A program made the position numbers and the translations under genes. Positions 19,835 through 29,396 of a DNA stretch of 64,000 nucleotides are shown one piece after another (within the stretch, counting starts at the first letter, position 1; each line of letters starts with the position of its first letter). Location of the stretch: contig JAZNFA010000008.1 of NCBI GenBank assembly GCA_045588915.1, positions 139,744 to 203,743 of the forward strand, in the 5' to 3' direction. The notes beneath the pieces were generated by a model. That model ran no database searches and was not told the origin of the DNA. It worked only from the letters and a program-made list of their open reading frames with translations. Origin of the DNA: Clostridia bacterium. GTDB taxonomy: Bacteria; Bacillota; Clostridia; Christensenellales; UBA1242.

Positions 19835-20842
19835 ATGAAATTTATACTAAAGAATTATGGTTGTCAGATGAATGTAAATACTGCGGCGAAAATCACACAG
19901 CAGTTATTGGCGGCTGGCCATACGGTGGCTTCTTGTGATGAGAAAGCAGATGTGATTATTTTTAATACATGCTGTGTACGCAATACAGCTGAACAAAAAA
20001 TTTTATCACATATTGCTCTGGCAAAACAGTTGAGAAAAAATAAGCCAAATTTGAAAATTGCTGTCATTGGTTGTTTGTCTGCTCGACGTAAAATCAATGG
20101 TGTTGATATCTTGTTGGGTACTGAAAACGCAATGGAAGTTGTGGAAAAATTGGGAGCTGCCATACAAAAGTTACCACCGGAAGCTTCGGATACAGCATAT
20201 ATCGACATTACCTATGGATGTGAAAATTATTGTAGTTATTGTATTGTTCCTTTTGTCCGTGGAAAGTTACGCATCAGGCCGATAGAAGAAATTTATGAAG
20301 AATTTAATCAGGTTAAAGATACAGCAAAGCATATCTATTTACTTGGTCAGAATGTAAATGCTTATCCTAATTTCCCACAGTTGCTAGCAAATTTAGCTCA
20401 ACAACCAGGAGATTTTATGTTGCATTTTTTATCGGCTCATCCAAAAGATTTTGATATTGAAACAATTAAAGTAATGGCTAGTTATCCTAAAATTGCACAC
20501 GACATTCATTTACCTATTCAAAGTGGATGTGATAAAATTTTAAAACTAATGAATCGTAAATATTGTGTGTCGGACTATTTAAAACTGGTTGAAATGTTAC
20601 GGAAATATATTCCTGATATACATATCACAACTGATATAATTTGTGGATTTCCGGGGGAAACGGAAGAGGATTTTGAAACTACGGTAAAACTTGTGGAAAA
20701 GATTAAATTTAGTGCTGCATATATTTTCCCTTATAGTAATCGTTCGGGGACTGTTGCTGATAAAATGGAAAATCAAGTACCATTTCAAACACGCAAAGCA
20801 AGGGCGACAAAGTTGGTTGAAATTATGCGAAAAATGTCGTAA
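19835..20842 (+). CDS. MiaB/RimO-family radical SAM methylthiotransferase lacking the C-terminal TRAM domain
   Basis: UPF0004 N-domain (YGCQMN, FNTCCVR). Radical SAM CxxxCxxC (CENYCSYC). The ORF stops right after the radical SAM core and mutS starts 27 nt later. Confidence 0.85.
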   Translation: MKFILKNYGCQMNVNTAAKITQQLLAAGHTVASCDEKADVIIFNTCCVRNTAEQKILSHIALAKQLRKNKPNLKIAVIGCLSARRKINGVDILLGTENAMEVVEKLGAAIQKLPPEASDTAYIDITYGCENYCSYCIVPFVRGKLRIRPIEEIYEEFNQVKDTAKHIYLLGQNVNAYPNFPQLLANLAQQPGDFMLHFLSAHPKDFDIETIKVMASYPKIAHDIHLPIQSGCDKILKLMNRKYCVSDYLKLVEMLRKYIPDIHITTDIICGFPGETEEDFETTVKLVEKIKFSAAYIFPYSNRSGTVADKMENQVPFQTRKARATKLVEIMRKMS

Positions 20843-20868
20843 AATAGCAAGGTTAAAGGAGTTTAAAA

Positions 20869-23220
20869 ATGGCTTTATCACCAGCAATGAAAAAATATTT
20901 AGAATTAAAAGCACAGTATCCAGATTGTATTGTGTTTTATCGTTTAGGTGACTTTTATGAAATATTTTTTGATGATGCAAAACAAGTTTCTTCGGCAATT
21001 GGTTTAACGTTGACAGGTCGTTCGTGTGGGTTAGAAGAAAAAGCCCCAATGTGTGGTGTTCCATATCATGCGGCGAATTTATATATCAAAAAATTAGTTG
21101 AATTGGGTTTTAAAATTGCTATTGCTGAACAATTAGAAGCAGCAAATGGAAAAACATTAATCAATCGTGATGTTGTTCGTGTTATAACAAGTGGTACTGT
21201 GATTGATGATGCAATGTTAAGTGCTGATAGTAATAACTTTATTGCAAGTATTTACGAAGTTGATAATACTTCAACTGTTTATGCTGCATGGGCAGATATT
21301 ATGACCGGAGAGTTTTATGTTGCCCAGTTCGATAGCTACGATAATGCTGTTTCACGTATTCGCCCAAAAGAGGTTATTACAAAAAAACATTTTGGATACG
21401 CTTTTGTTGCAAAACAAGCAACACAAACAATTAAAAAATATTTCAATGTAAACACAACGCAGATTTTTGATATTCCGGAAAATTCCCCATTAATCAATGC
21501 TGCAGGTGCTTTATTAGAATACTTATTAATGACTGCCAAAAATAAATTATCAAATATTACTAAAATTCTATTAGTACGTGATGATAATTTTATGGTACTT
21601 GATAAAATTGCTCGTGATACTTTAGAGATTGTATTATCTTATCGTAACAATACAAAAGCAGGTAGTTTGTTGTCTTCACTTGATAAAACGAAAACTCCAA
21701 TGGGGGCTCGTTTGTTAGCTGATTGGGTTACGGCGCCATTGCGAAATGTTGAAATGATTCTTGCACGTCAAAATGCAGTTCAAGAATTATTTAATGATTC
21801 GAAAAATTGTCAATCGCTCCGTGAAATTTTAGAACGTTTTAATGATTTGGGTCGCTTTTGTGGTAAGGTTGCGAATGGTAATGTTAATCCAAAAGATGTA
21901 TTAAATTTTACGGATACATTACTTTTGGTTGAAGAAGTAAAATCTTTTATTGCGAAGAATTGTCATTCTGAGTTGTTATTAAAAATGGGTGAACAATTAA
22001 ATTCGCTTACTGAATTACGTGCATTATTGTTAAAGGCAATTAAGCAAGACCCCAGTACAATTCTCAGTGATGGTAATTATATTAAAGAAGGTTATAATGA
22101 AAAACTCGATGAATTACGTAATATCGGCACTTTGGGTAAAAAGTGGTTGTTGGCATTAGAGATTAAAGAACGTGAAGAAACCGGTGTTGAAAAAATTAAA
22201 ATCGCATATAATCGTGTCGCTGGTTACTATATTGAATTGCCGATGAATGCTTTAAAACAAATTCCATACCGATATGTTCGTAAGGGTAGTACCTTAAATA
22301 CAGAACGTTATACAACGGATGAACTGCGTGAAATTGAAGGAAAAATTTTAAATGCATCTGATGAAGCAATCAAAATGGAGCAAGTAATCTTTGGGGAAAT
22401 TATCAGTGCAATCCAACAATGTATTCCTGCAATCCAACAAGATGCTTTCTCAATTGCAAACATTGACGTCGTTGCTAATTTAGCTTATCTAGCTTATAAA
22501 AACCAATGGGTGCGCCCAGAAATAAACACTGAAGGAATTTTACAATTAGAGTCGGCACGCCATCCAGTTTTAGAAGATTTATTGCCAACCAATGAATTTG
22601 TTGCAAATGATTGTGATTTAAATCACGAAAATACGACAATGTTAATCACTGGACCCAATATGGCAGGTAAATCAACTTATATGAAAACTGTTGCTTTGAA
22701 TGTGATTATGGCACATCTGGGTTCATTTATTCCATGCAGTAACGCAAAAGTTCCATTGACCGATCGTGTTTTTACGCGTATTGGTGCCAGTGATGATATG
22801 ATGACCGGGAAGTCTACCTTTATGGTTGAAATGAACGAGGTTTCTAATATTGTTCACAATGCTACTAAAAATAGTCTTTTGCTTTTGGATGAAATTGGTC
22901 GTGGTACAGGAACAAACGATGGTTACGCATTGGCAAAGGCAATTTTGACTTATATTATTGAAGAGATTGGAAGTAAGACCTTGTGTGCAACTCATTTCCA
23001 CGAGTTGATAGAATTAGGCAGAACCTATTCTCAAGTGCAAAATTATAAAGTCTTAACTTCAAATATCAATGGCCAAATTATTTTTTTACATAAAGTTGTT
23101 AAGGGTGAAGAGCAAAATAGTTTTGGTGCTGAAGTTGCGCAACTTTCAGGTTTGCCCGAAGTTATTATTCAGAATGCAAAAAAAATAATGAAGGAAAGAG
23201 AAACAAATGAAAACAATTAA
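20869..23220 (+). CDS. mutS: DNA mismatch repair protein MutS
   Basis: N-terminal mismatch-binding YRLGDFYE, Walker A GPNMAGKST, Walker B LLLLDEIGRGT. SD AAAGGAG. Confidence 0.97.
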   Translation: MALSPAMKKYLELKAQYPDCIVFYRLGDFYEIFFDDAKQVSSAIGLTLTGRSCGLEEKAPMCGVPYHAANLYIKKLVELGFKIAIAEQLEAANGKTLINRDVVRVITSGTVIDDAMLSADSNNFIASIYEVDNTSTVYAAWADIMTGEFYVAQFDSYDNAVSRIRPKEVITKKHFGYAFVAKQATQTIKKYFNVNTTQIFDIPENSPLINAAGALLEYLLMTAKNKLSNITKILLVRDDNFMVLDKIARDTLEIVLSYRNNTKAGSLLSSLDKTKTPMGARLLADWVTAPLRNVEMILARQNAVQELFNDSKNCQSLREILERFNDLGRFCGKVANGNVNPKDVLNFTDTLLLVEEVKSFIAKNCHSELLLKMGEQLNSLTELRALLLKAIKQDPSTILSDGNYIKEGYNEKLDELRNIGTLGKKWLLALEIKEREETGVEKIKIAYNRVAGYYIELPMNALKQIPYRYVRKGSTLNTERYTTDELREIEGKILNASDEAIKMEQVIFGEIISAIQQCIPAIQQDAFSIANIDVVANLAYLAYKNQWVRPEINTEGILQLESARHPVLEDLLPTNEFVANDCDLNHENTTMLITGPNMAGKSTYMKTVALNVIMAHLGSFIPCSNAKVPLTDRVFTRIGASDDMMTGKSTFMVEMNEVSNIVHNATKNSLLLLDEIGRGTGTNDGYALAKAILTYIIEEIGSKTLCATHFHELIELGRTYSQVQNYKVLTSNINGQIIFLHKVVKGEEQNSFGAEVAQLSGLPEVIIQNAKKIMKERETNENN

Positions 23221-25027
23221 CGTTTTACCACCAGTTATTTATAATCGTTTAGCTGCTGGGGAAGTGGTTGAAAATCCTGCCTCTATTGTTAAAGAATTAT
23301 TAGAAAATTCTTTGGATGCACAAGCTAAACATCTTACAGTGCAAATTAACAATGGTGGTATTGATGAAATTGTAATTATCGATGATGGTGAAGGTGTTGC
23401 AGAAAGTGAATTGCCAAAAGTATTTTTGCCACACGCAACAAGCAAAATTAAAACAGTTGATGATATAGACCAAATAAGTTCACTCGGTTTTCGTGGGGAA
23501 GCTTTAGCATCAATTGCCTCAGTTGCCAAAGTAACATTTACTTCTAAACCAGCAAGTCAGGATTATGCAGTTCAAATCAATCAAGATAACGAACAGCAAT
23601 ACACTGGTGGCAATAACGGAACTACTGTTCGTGTTGCTAACCTATTTTATAACACACCGGCGCGTAAAAAATTCTTACGTAGTTCAAATATTGAAAAGAA
23701 TCACGTTACGCAAATTATTCACGAGATTATTTTCGCTCATCCGGAATTAAACCTGCGTTATTATATTGATAATGAATTAGTGCTTGATTATCGTGGTAAG
23801 GGGTTAGTTGACGCAATCAGTCAAATCTATGGAGTTGATCAAAGTCAGTTGATTAGCGTCGCTAATGAAAGTGATTTAATCAAAGTCAATGGATATATTT
23901 CTAACTTGAATTTATCAAAAGTGAATCGTGATCGTCAGGTTGTAATTATTAATGGCCGTGTAGTTAATGGTGGTTTGGTTGCAAAAACCATCAATGAAAC
24001 AATGGGGAACTATTTACCAATAAAAGAGTATCCAGTTTTCGTTTTGCATTTTTCTGTCGCTGTGGGCAGTGTTGATGTAAATGTTCATCCTCAAAAACGC
24101 GAAGTGCGTTTTGATAATAATGAAAGTATTGTTAGTTTTATTCGAGAAACAATTACTAATACGATGGAAACATTCTTTTTATCACAAATTTCAGAATTAA
24201 CTAAACCAACCGAGCAATCTGTCGAAAAGAAAGAATCACTGCAAGGTTCAAATGCTGAAAATATCTCTCAACAAGATGTTGCTATGCCAGTTGGTCATTC
24301 TTTTAATCCAACACAAACGCAGTCAAGTACTGTGTTAATTCAGTCACTGAATGTATTTGAAAATCGAAATGAAATAGTTAAATCTGCACCAAATATTTTA
24401 AACAGTTTTAACTTTAATGAACCTGTTACTGGTAAACAGACCAGTGCCTTGTCGGAAAATAATTTTTCTATTTTAGGTCAAATTTTTGATACATATTTAT
24501 TAGTTCGTACATCAGAAAGTTTGCTTATTGTTGACCAACACGCCATGGCAGAAAGAATGAACTATGATCGTTTTTGTGATGAAATTGATCAGGCGAATGT
24601 TCAATCGCAAATGCTTTTGTCTCCGATTATTATATCTGTCACACCTAAGGAGTTAATACGTTTTAACGAGATTAAACCTTTATTATTAGGATTTGGTTTT
24701 GATTGTGATGAGTTTGGGACAGACTCAATTCGTATTTCTGCTGTTCCGGCAATGATGGTGAATGCTTCATTAAAAGATTTTATTAAAGTTTTACTTGATG
24801 ATAAAACGGTTGTTAATGATAGCTTGAGTGACGTGGTTAAGCATCGTGTGGCAACTGCTGCTTGTAAGGCAAGTATTAAAGCAGGTGATGTATTATCAAA
24901 TGAACAAATTAACATTTTTATGAATGATTATTTTGCTAGCAAAAATGTTCCGTTGTGTCCACACGGTCGACCAATTATGTTAGTTTTTAATCAAAACAAA
25001 TTAGAAACATTATTTGCTAGAAAGTGA
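23207..25027 (+). CDS. mutL: DNA mismatch repair protein MutL
   Basis: GHKL ATPase motifs (LLENSLDA, DDGEGV, GFRGEAL). C-terminal dimerisation/endonuclease domain with DQHAMAERM. Confidence 0.96.
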   Translation: MKTINVLPPVIYNRLAAGEVVENPASIVKELLENSLDAQAKHLTVQINNGGIDEIVIIDDGEGVAESELPKVFLPHATSKIKTVDDIDQISSLGFRGEALASIASVAKVTFTSKPASQDYAVQINQDNEQQYTGGNNGTTVRVANLFYNTPARKKFLRSSNIEKNHVTQIIHEIIFAHPELNLRYYIDNELVLDYRGKGLVDAISQIYGVDQSQLISVANESDLIKVNGYISNLNLSKVNRDRQVVIINGRVVNGGLVAKTINETMGNYLPIKEYPVFVLHFSVAVGSVDVNVHPQKREVRFDNNESIVSFIRETITNTMETFFLSQISELTKPTEQSVEKKESLQGSNAENISQQDVAMPVGHSFNPTQTQSSTVLIQSLNVFENRNEIVKSAPNILNSFNFNEPVTGKQTSALSENNFSILGQIFDTYLLVRTSESLLIVDQHAMAERMNYDRFCDEIDQANVQSQMLLSPIIISVTPKELIRFNEIKPLLLGFGFDCDEFGTDSIRISAVPAMMVNASLKDFIKVLLDDKTVVNDSLSDVVKHRVATAACKASIKAGDVLSNEQINIFMNDYFASKNVPLCPHGRPIMLVFNQNKLETLFARK

Positions 25028-25066
25028 CTATTGTGGTAAAATAGTAAGATGGAGAGTGTAGGATTA

Positions 25067-27598
25067 ATGAACTCTGTGTCTGATACTGTTTTTACTGGAC
25101 GTTCTCGTAGGGCAGTTAATGCGTATAAACGTAAATTTGCTTCTACATGGAAAAAGAATCCGCCAGTTAATCCAGAACGATACACACCAAATTTGGAAAC
25201 GGGTTTAACAAATAAACAAGTTAAAAGTCGTATTGATGATTGTTTGGTGAATTATGTAAAGCGTGGTACAACCAAATCTGTTGGTGCAATTTTTTTTACA
25301 AATATTTTTACTTTTTATAATATTTTAGCATTAATCATCGGTGCCATTTTAATTTATTCAATTACTGTGTTGCAACCTAGTATCGACCCTGAAATTTTAG
25401 AAAGAGAAAATGTCACAAAAATTGGAATACCAAGTTTATTGTTTTTGTTGATATTTACGGCGAATATTGCAATTGGTATTTTCCAGGAATTGCGTGCAAA
25501 ATTTACTATTGAAAAGTTAACCATTGTTGCTTCTTCAAAAGTAAAAGTTTTACGTGATGGACAAACAAAAGTAATATTGCCTGAAGATATTGTGTTGGAT
25601 GATGTAGTACTTTTGTCTGCTGGTGGACAAATTCAATCTGATGGCGTTTTGCTTGAAGGAGTAATTGAAGTTAACGAAAGTCTTTTGACCGGTGAATCTA
25701 TTCCAGTGCAGAAGAAAGTCGGTGATAAACTTTTAGCAGGTTCTTTTGTTGTTAGTGGAACTGGCAAATATCACGTTAACAAAATTGGTAAAGATAATTA
25801 TATTCAAAGTGTTGCAAATAACGCAAGTCGCTATGTTGCTCCACGTTCGGAGTTGTTTAATGCATTAAAATCAATGATTAAATTCATTGGTGTGTTTATT
25901 ATAATTTTGTCTTCTATTTTGGTTGCTATGCAAATTATTACAGTATCAGAAATTGCCCCATATTCAGTACTTAAAATTATTTCGCAAACGAGTGGGGCTA
26001 TTTTAGGAATGATTCCGGCAGGAATGTTCTTGTTGTCTTCAATGGCATTGATGGTTGGTGTTATTAATTTAGGAAAAGAAAATACTTGGGTGCGTGAGCT
26101 TTATTGTATTGAAATGTTAGCGCGCGTTAATACATTATGCTTGGATAAAACAGGCACTATTACTGACGGTACAATGAAAGTTGTCGACGTGATTGCAATT
26201 AAACACGAAGGGAAAAAAGTTGACTTCAAACAAGTAATGTCGTCAATGTTGTATGCGTTGGAAGACAATAATCAAACATCTTTAGCTATGAAAGATTATT
26301 TTGGGCAAGAATGTGTTTATAAAGCAAGGAAAATTATGGCTTTCTCATCTGCTCGAAAAATGTCGGCCGTTACTTTTGGTGCAGGATTGGGTACGTTTGT
26401 AATGGGTGCACCTGAGTTTATTTTTAATGACCTCGGCAAGAAGCTCAATACAGTTATAACACGTTTTGCAAGTCAAGGTTATCGTGTGCTGGGTATTGGT
26501 CGTTGTGCAGGTGAGATTAAAGATGATACTTTGCCAGGTGCTGTTTCACCAATTGCTTTGATTACATTGCAAGACAATATTCGTCGTGAAGCACCACAAA
26601 CAATTAAATGGTTTGCTGATAATGGTGTGGATATCCGTATCATTTCTGGCGATAATCCAATTACCGTTAGTGAAGTTGCTCGTCGTGCTGGCGTCGTTGG
26701 TTCTGAAAAATATATTTCATTACACGGTTTGTCAAACAATGAAGTTCGTACGGCTGCAAAGGAATATACAATTTTTGGACGCGTAACACCTGAGCAAAAA
26801 CTTTTACTAATTAAGGAGTTTAAAAATAACGGTCGTATGGTTGCTATGACTGGTGACGGTGTTAATGATATTTTAGCTTTACGTGAAGCTGATTGTTCGA
26901 TTGCTATGGCATCGGGTAGTGAGGCGGCTCGTAATGTTTCGCAACTGGTACTTCTTGATAGTAATTTTTCGAGTATGCCTAAGGTGGTGCTTGAAGGACG
27001 TCGTGTTGTAAACAATGTACAAAAATCGTCATCACTCTTTTTGTTTAAAACATTGTTTACTATTATGTTGACGATTGTTTGTATTTTTTCAAGAGGTGGT
27101 TCGTATTTCTTTGATACAACAAACTTGTTAATCCTAGAAAGTTTGGTAATCGGTATCCCTGCGTTTATGTTAGCACTAGAACGGAATAGTCAGCAGATTA
27201 AGGGACGGTTTATGTTTAATATCATCAAGACGGCTTTATCTGCTGCTTGTGCTACTGTTATTTTTGTTATCGCTTTGTTAATTTTCCGTTCGTTTGATAT
27301 TTTCAGTTTGCAAGATGAAAGTGTGTTTAGCACAATGACAATTTATGCAGTTTTAACTACTGGCTTTGCAATGTTGTTCCGTATGATTAAACCAGTTAAT
27401 GCTTTCCGTGGGGTTATGTATGTAGTTATGGCTACGTTAGCAATATTTATGATTGTTTATTTCCCCGACTTGTTCCATATGGTGGCATTGATGAATGAAG
27501 TTCATTATTTAATGGTTATTTTGATGGCATTTATGGGATATGCATTAATTTCTTTGTTTGAAAACTTGCTTTCTAAAATTAAATTAACAACCGATTAA
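25067..27598 (+). CDS. Cation-translocating P-type ATPase (alternative start 25049)
   Basis: TGES, DKTGTITDG phosphorylation site, TGDGVNDILAL hinge, about 10 TM helices. Confidence 0.92.
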   Translation: MNSVSDTVFTGRSRRAVNAYKRKFASTWKKNPPVNPERYTPNLETGLTNKQVKSRIDDCLVNYVKRGTTKSVGAIFFTNIFTFYNILALIIGAILIYSITVLQPSIDPEILERENVTKIGIPSLLFLLIFTANIAIGIFQELRAKFTIEKLTIVASSKVKVLRDGQTKVILPEDIVLDDVVLLSAGGQIQSDGVLLEGVIEVNESLLTGESIPVQKKVGDKLLAGSFVVSGTGKYHVNKIGKDNYIQSVANNASRYVAPRSELFNALKSMIKFIGVFIIILSSILVAMQIITVSEIAPYSVLKIISQTSGAILGMIPAGMFLLSSMALMVGVINLGKENTWVRELYCIEMLARVNTLCLDKTGTITDGTMKVVDVIAIKHEGKKVDFKQVMSSMLYALEDNNQTSLAMKDYFGQECVYKARKIMAFSSARKMSAVTFGAGLGTFVMGAPEFIFNDLGKKLNTVITRFASQGYRVLGIGRCAGEIKDDTLPGAVSPIALITLQDNIRREAPQTIKWFADNGVDIRIISGDNPITVSEVARRAGVVGSEKYISLHGLSNNEVRTAAKEYTIFGRVTPEQKLLLIKEFKNNGRMVAMTGDGVNDILALREADCSIAMASGSEAARNVSQLVLLDSNFSSMPKVVLEGRRVVNNVQKSSSLFLFKTLFTIMLTIVCIFSRGGSYFFDTTNLLILESLVIGIPAFMLALERNSQQIKGRFMFNIIKTALSAACATVIFVIALLIFRSFDIFSLQDESVFSTMTIYAVLTTGFAMLFRMIKPVNAFRGVMYVVMATLAIFMIVYFPDLFHMVALMNEVHYLMVILMAFMGYALISLFENLLSKIKLTTD

Positions 27599-27656
27599 TT
27601 AAGAAAAAATATTTTACATTTTTATAAATAATCGTTAAACTAAATTGGAGTATATT

Positions 27657-28805
27657 ATGAGTTACGAATTAGAAACTGCAGTAGAATTAAAAACCAGCAA
27701 GCAATTCGAGGATGTGTTTGGTAATCCTCCTGTTGTCAACATTAAAGTTGTTGGTGTCGGTGGTGGTGGATGTAATAGCATTAACCGTATGTTGGAAACT
27801 GGTGTAAATTTGCCCGGTGTAGAATTTATTGCTATCAATACAGACAAAAACGCATTGTCCGTTAATTTGGCAGAAGAAAAATTATGTATTGGGCAACAAG
27901 TTACCCGAGGTTTTGGTGCAGGAACTAAGCCAGATGTTGGTCAAAAGGCTGCCGAAGAAAGTGCTGATGAAATCCGTGCTGCAATTGATGGTGCAGATAT
28001 GTTATTCATTACTGCTGGTATGGGTGGTGGTACTGGTACAGGTGCAGCACCTATCGTTGCACAAATTGCCAGAGAAATGGGTATCTTGACGGTGGCTGTT
28101 GTGACTAAACCATTCAAATTTGAAGGTGCACATCGTATGATGAACGCTGAAATTGGTTTAGAAAATTTAGCAAAATGTGTTGATGCTTATGTTGTTGTTC
28201 CTAACCAAAAATTGGTTGAACATTCATCGGTTAAAACCAGCTTTATTGATGCATTCAAAATGGCAGATGAAGCATTACGACAAGCTGTTATTGGTTTGTC
28301 CGAAGTTATTGTTAATCCAACTTATGTTAACGTTGACTATGCTGATATTAAAGTTGTCTTGGAAAATGCCGGTTTGGCACATATGGGTGTTGGTCGTGCG
28401 CAAGGTCCAAATCGTGTCTTAGAAGCAATTAAGCAAGCAGTCGCAAGTCCTTTGATTGAAACCAGTATTAGTGGTGCAACTCGTTTGATTATGTGCATTA
28501 AGGGTGACGCAACATTACCTTTAGCAGAAGTTTCAAGTTATGTAACGATGGCAAGTAACTTGGTTCACGAAAACTGCAATATCAAATGGAGTGTTGATAT
28601 CAATGAGAAATATGGTGATAGTGTTGAGGTTTTGATTATTGCTTCAGGTTTTGCGCCAAATCAAGCAGAAACTCGTAACCGTATCAACAATCTTGGACCC
28701 GATGATATTGCGCAACCTGAACCAGTTAAACCAGAGCCACCAGTAACCGGTCAGGCACCAAAATATTTCCGTAACTTCAAGAATTTTTTCAAAAGTAATC
28801 GTTGA
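27657..28805 (+). CDS. ftsZ: Cell division protein FtsZ
   Basis: GVGGGGCN and tubulin signature [17 protein letters not shown] upstream of the ATG at 27657. Confidence 0.97.
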   Translation: MSYELETAVELKTSKQFEDVFGNPPVVNIKVVGVGGGGCNSINRMLETGVNLPGVEFIAINTDKNALSVNLAEEKLCIGQQVTRGFGAGTKPDVGQKAAEESADEIRAAIDGADMLFITAGMGGGTGTGAAPIVAQIAREMGILTVAVVTKPFKFEGAHRMMNAEIGLENLAKCVDAYVVVPNQKLVEHSSVKTSFIDAFKMADEALRQAVIGLSEVIVNPTYVNVDYADIKVVLENAGLAHMGVGRAQGPNRVLEAIKQAVASPLIETSISGATRLIMCIKGDATLPLAEVSSYVTMASNLVHENCNIKWSVDINEKYGDSVEVLIIASGFAPNQAETRNRINNLGPDDIAQPEPVKPEPPVTGQAPKYFRNFKNFFKSNR

Positions 28806-28831
28806 CTTTATTAGGTAAAATTTGTTATAAT
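28802..28831 (+). promoter_or_regulatory. Promoter candidate for rpsO (TTGACT-N18-TATAAT with TGT extended -10)
   Basis: Read directly: TTGACT at 28802-28807, TGTTATAAT at 28823-28831. Confidence 0.5.
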
Positions 28832-28903
28832 GCACTCATTATAGCGGTGTTTTGATTGAAATATTTTTACACGGCTTTAATTAAAAGGAGAATGTCACAG
28901 AAA

Positions 28904-29164
28904 ATGACACAAAACGAAATCACAGAAATCGTAAAAAAATTTGGTAAAAAGGAAGGAGATACCGGCAGTCCTGCTGTCCAAATCGCATTGTTGTCAAAAC
29001 ATATTGCTGATTTGACCGAACACTTAAAAGTTCACAAACAAGACAAACACAGCCGTCGTGGTTTAACCTTAATGTTGGGTAAACGTAAACGTATGTTAGA
29101 CTACTTGGAAAAAACTGACCTTAACGCATTCCGTGAATTAAAAAAAGAACTTGGCTTACGTTAA
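28904..29164 (+). CDS. rpsO: 30S ribosomal protein S15
   Basis: GDTGSPAVQIALLS..HLKVHKQDKHSRRGL..GKRKRMLDYL. The 86-aa form starts at 28904, 13 nt after GGAG. In-frame ATG also at 28892. Confidence 0.95.
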   Translation: MTQNEITEIVKKFGKKEGDTGSPAVQIALLSKHIADLTEHLKVHKQDKHSRRGLTLMLGKRKRMLDYLEKTDLNAFRELKKELGLR

Positions 29165-29188
29165 TCTATTTTAAAAATTGTTTTTTAG

Positions 29189-29218
29189 ACCTTTATCATA
29201 ATGATGAAGGTTTTTTTT
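29189..29218 (+). terminator. Rho-independent terminator after rpsO
   Basis: ACCTTTATC...GATGAAGGT stem (one G-U pair) followed by T8. Confidence 0.8.
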
Positions 29219-29259
29219 ATGTTTTTTTACGGATGAAATTGAAGATTACAAGAAATCGG

Positions 29260-29289
29260 TTGATTTTTTTTTTTTTTTTCTATTATAAG
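29260..29289 (+). promoter_or_regulatory. Candidate promoter TTGATT-(T tract spacer)-TATTAT/TATAAG
   Basis: -35-like TTGATT at 29260-29265. The -10-like hexamers are TATTAT (29281-29286, spacer 15) or TATAAG (29284-29289, spacer 18). The spacer is almost entirely the T16 run. Confidence 0.35.
29264..29279. repeat. Homopolymeric T16 tract
   Basis: Counted directly (7 + 9 T). Lies 62 nt upstream of the ATG at 29341. Confidence 0.97.
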
Positions 29290-29396
29290 TTTAGTAGTAG
29301 TGCCACATACTAATGCTGGGACTATACAAAAGGAGAACAAATGAATAATAAATTATTTCGTATTTTAATCTTATTTATTTCCGTTTGTGTTGCTTC
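29290..29396 (+). repeat. Conserved 5' cassette, second copy (see 4846-4950)
   Basis: Near-identical leader, SD and first ~56 nt of the CDS. Confidence 0.85.

Noticed and set aside
20597-21064. 155-aa minus-strand ORF spanning the miaB-like/mutS junction
   Set aside because: It is antisense to two well-supported genes and their SD-containing intergenic region, and shows no recognisable motif.
26479-27015. 178-aa minus-strand ORF inside the P-type ATPase gene
   Set aside because: It is antisense to the conserved hinge region (TGDGVNDILAL). Its Ser/Arg/Pro-rich composition is typical of antisense translation.
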